Shown here in pieces: positions 51,237 through 53,170 of a stretch of DNA of 53,170 bases. The stretch lies in sequence record NZ_CP023007.1; one strand, written 5' to 3'. Source of the DNA: a plasmid. Position 1 is the first letter of the stretch; each line of letters opens with the position of its first letter. A model generated the notes under the pieces. It saw only the letters and a list, made by a program, of their open reading frames with translations. It was not told the origin of the DNA and did no database searches. The position numbers were made by a program, and so were the translations under genes.

Positions 51237-51617
51237 TTAATCAAGTCTTTTGAGGTTTAAATCATACATACCTTGAAATACATCTTTTTGTCGATCAGGT
51301 AGGCCTTCTTTAATGTAGTAATCAGCTAACGTTGAAATAATATCATCGATTGATGCCTTATCTGCTCGTTCCAATTCGGTCATAAAAGGTTGTAGTGTTC
51401 TACATTTTAGAATCGTAGTTTCCGAGAGACGCTGAGTTTGAGTTTTTTTTGATTTCCTTTTTGCAGGTTTAACTGTGTTAGAATCCTTTTTTTCAGCTAA
51501 CTCTATATCTGGTGAAGTAAATTTTGGACTTGTAAAATCATTTCCATCAGTAAATTTAACCTCTTTTTCTTCCAATGTACTTTTTTTATTAGTTGTTAAG
51601 ATCGGATCAATAGACAT
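51237..51617 (-). CDS. small partition/centromere-binding protein (ParB/ParG/omega-like, 126 aa)
   Basis: Translationally coupled downstream of parA; basic N-terminal half. Confidence 0.5.
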   Translation of the reverse strand: MSIDPILTTNKKSTLEEKEVKFTDGNDFTSPKFTSPDIELAEKKDSNTVKPAKRKSKKTQTQRLSETTILKCRTLQPFMTELERADKASIDDIISTLADYYIKEGLPDRQKDVFQGMYDLNLKRLD

Positions 51618-51628
51618 ATTGCGCCCCC

Positions 51629-52522
51629 CTATTCTACTTTCTCAAATTCTTGTTGATGTTGATCTAACTCGGTTAGAACATTTTTAAATACAGTGTGAGC
51701 TTTTAAATCCCATTGATCTGGTGTTTTACTAATATTTTTCTTTAAATGAATTCCTTCTACATCGTACACTTTTAGGCGTTCTTGATATTTAACAATTGTT
51801 TCTAATACATTATTGCCATAAGATTTTTTTGCATCATTAAGTATCTTGTCATCGACTCGTCCACCTGGACGAAGCATGCAAGGAACGATACCTAATACCT
51901 GAAGTTGCTTGTTATAAGTGTTAATAAGGTACTGCATATAATCAATGTATGTTTGTGCTCCATCTAAAGATAGTTCCTGAGTTTGTAAAACAATAATACA
52001 ATAATCTGCTGCCATCATAGCATTGTCTGAAAAATCAGAAATTGTTGGTGGCACGTCAATATAAATAGCATCGTACTTTTCTTTTAAAGGTTTAAGTAGT
52101 TCGTTTAAGTAATTAATTTGTGCTTCATCGTTATTTGGAAACTTAGACATTAGCAATTTAGGTAAGTTCTTAAATTGTGTAACACTAGAAATTAAATCAA
52201 GATTTTCCATAATAGGAGTTACTTGTGAAGTTAGATCACCTTCTATAAAACCTTTATAAATATTTTTGTCGATTATTTTTATGCCACCTGTCTTGGCTAA
52301 AATACTCGATGCGTTAGCCTGAGGATCAAGATCGATTACTAAAGTTTTACGATTTTTGTATACGGCTGATGTATAAGCAAGCATAGTTAACGTTTTTGTT
52401 TTACCTACGCCCCCTTTAAAATTCCCAACAACATATACAGTACAGTCTCTTGCACTTGATACAGTTCCGTCGGCGCCAAAATATAATTGGTCATACTCAA
52501 GGTTTTTATTTGTTTCTGTCAT
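51629..52522 (-). CDS. parA: ParA/Soj-family partition ATPase
   Basis: Deviant Walker A GNFKGGVGKT. Confidence 0.85.
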   Translation of the reverse strand: MTETNKNLEYDQLYFGADGTVSSARDCTVYVVGNFKGGVGKTKTLTMLAYTSAVYKNRKTLVIDLDPQANASSILAKTGGIKIIDKNIYKGFIEGDLTSQVTPIMENLDLISSVTQFKNLPKLLMSKFPNNDEAQINYLNELLKPLKEKYDAIYIDVPPTISDFSDNAMMAADYCIIVLQTQELSLDGAQTYIDYMQYLINTYNKQLQVLGIVPCMLRPGGRVDDKILNDAKKSYGNNVLETIVKYQERLKVYDVEGIHLKKNISKTPDQWDLKAHTVFKNVLTELDQHQQEFEKVE

Positions 52523-52559
52523 AAGATTACCTCTTATTTTTATTTGATAAATATATTAT

Positions 52560-52660
52560 AGTATACAATTACAAACATTGCAATTGTATACGGGATTTTA
52601 TTTTTATGTTTATTTGTATACTTCGTGTACTTTGTATACATTGTATACAAATGCTATTTA
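52560..52660. promoter_or_regulatory. parA operator / centromere-like array: palindrome GTATACAATT-N11-AATTGTATAC, then four phased TTTGTATAC-type 9-mers; a related array lies at 51181-51235
   Basis: Seen directly. Confidence 0.55.
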
Positions 52661-52861
52661 TTAAAAATAAATACAAAAATACTGTTAAATCAAGGTTTTA
52701 AAAAGCATCGCATATGTAAACTATGTATACGTTGCATACATAGTTTACATAGTGCACTTAGTATACTCTGTATACAATAATTTCATGTGTAAACAAGTGA
52801 AATTGTTTCTTTACAAAGATTTTACTTTATGTTTTACTTAACGTAATCAATAAGAAAATAA

Positions 52862-52892
52862 AAAAGCCGTCGTGAACTGGCATTCACGACGA
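52862..52892 (-). terminator. minus-strand rho-independent terminator in the rep leader (candidate antisense-RNA terminator)
   Basis: GTCGTCGTGAA-TGCCAG-TTCACGACGGC followed by a T-run on the minus strand. Confidence 0.4.
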
Positions 52893-53170
52893 CCCACAAA
52901 ATACAAATAAGAAAATAAAACTTTCAACAAGTATTGTATGATATTTCATTAATAAAGACAATACCAGAAAGTATATAAAAGAACGAACATAATTTTTGTG
53001 GGGTCGCAGTGTAGGCTTTTTTAAGCACATTTTGATCACTCAATTGCGCGGTGGATCAGTAATTTGCTGGTTCACTTTTTCTTTAGATTTAATCAACGGC
53101 ATTAACTACTATTTGTTTCAAAACAAATATACCTTTGGTTAATATCGTTCTGAAAGGAGTGCAAATATTA

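Overview
This window reads as a mosaic, IS-riddled plasmid from a Lactobacillaceae-type host (Lactobacillus/Pediococcus-like), and possibly a complete circular ~53 kb replicon, since the Inc18-type (RepR/RepE-like) replication initiator ORF at the left end continues in frame back to an ATG and RBS that are split across the two window ends. Modules recognised include: a DinJ-like antitoxin paired with a PemK/MazF-like toxin; a MOBQ-type mobilisation unit (oriT with a TAAGTGCGC nick core, MobA/MobL relaxase, two small accessory proteins); a topoisomerase III remnant; a metallophosphoesterase; a polysaccharide deacetylase; a CorA-family channel with a GIN motif; an APC permease plus class-III aminotransferase; a class Ib ribonucleotide reductase operon nrdI-nrdE-nrdF'-nrdF in which the first NrdF copy has lost 4 of its 6 metal ligands; a multicopper oxidase (laccase) with an MFS transporter; a polysaccharide pyruvyl transferase plus sugar MFS; an aldehyde/stress cluster (HxlR remnant, DJ-1/PfpI, Zn-ADH, 2-hydroxyacid dehydrogenase remnant); a UvrA paralog; a RadC/Gp49-toxin remnant with an intact XRE antitoxin; a glutathione-reductase-like flavoprotein; and a resolvase plus ParA/ParB partition locus with TGTATAC heptad arrays and 110-bp tandem repeats. 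At least ten IS copies or fragments are present (IS256-like x2, IS5/IS427-like, ISL3 x2, IS3 x4, IS30, IS110, and one intact IS6/IS1216-like). There are also many pseudogenes, including five unrelated genes each with a single in-frame stop codon. No rRNA, tRNA or CRISPR arrays were seen.
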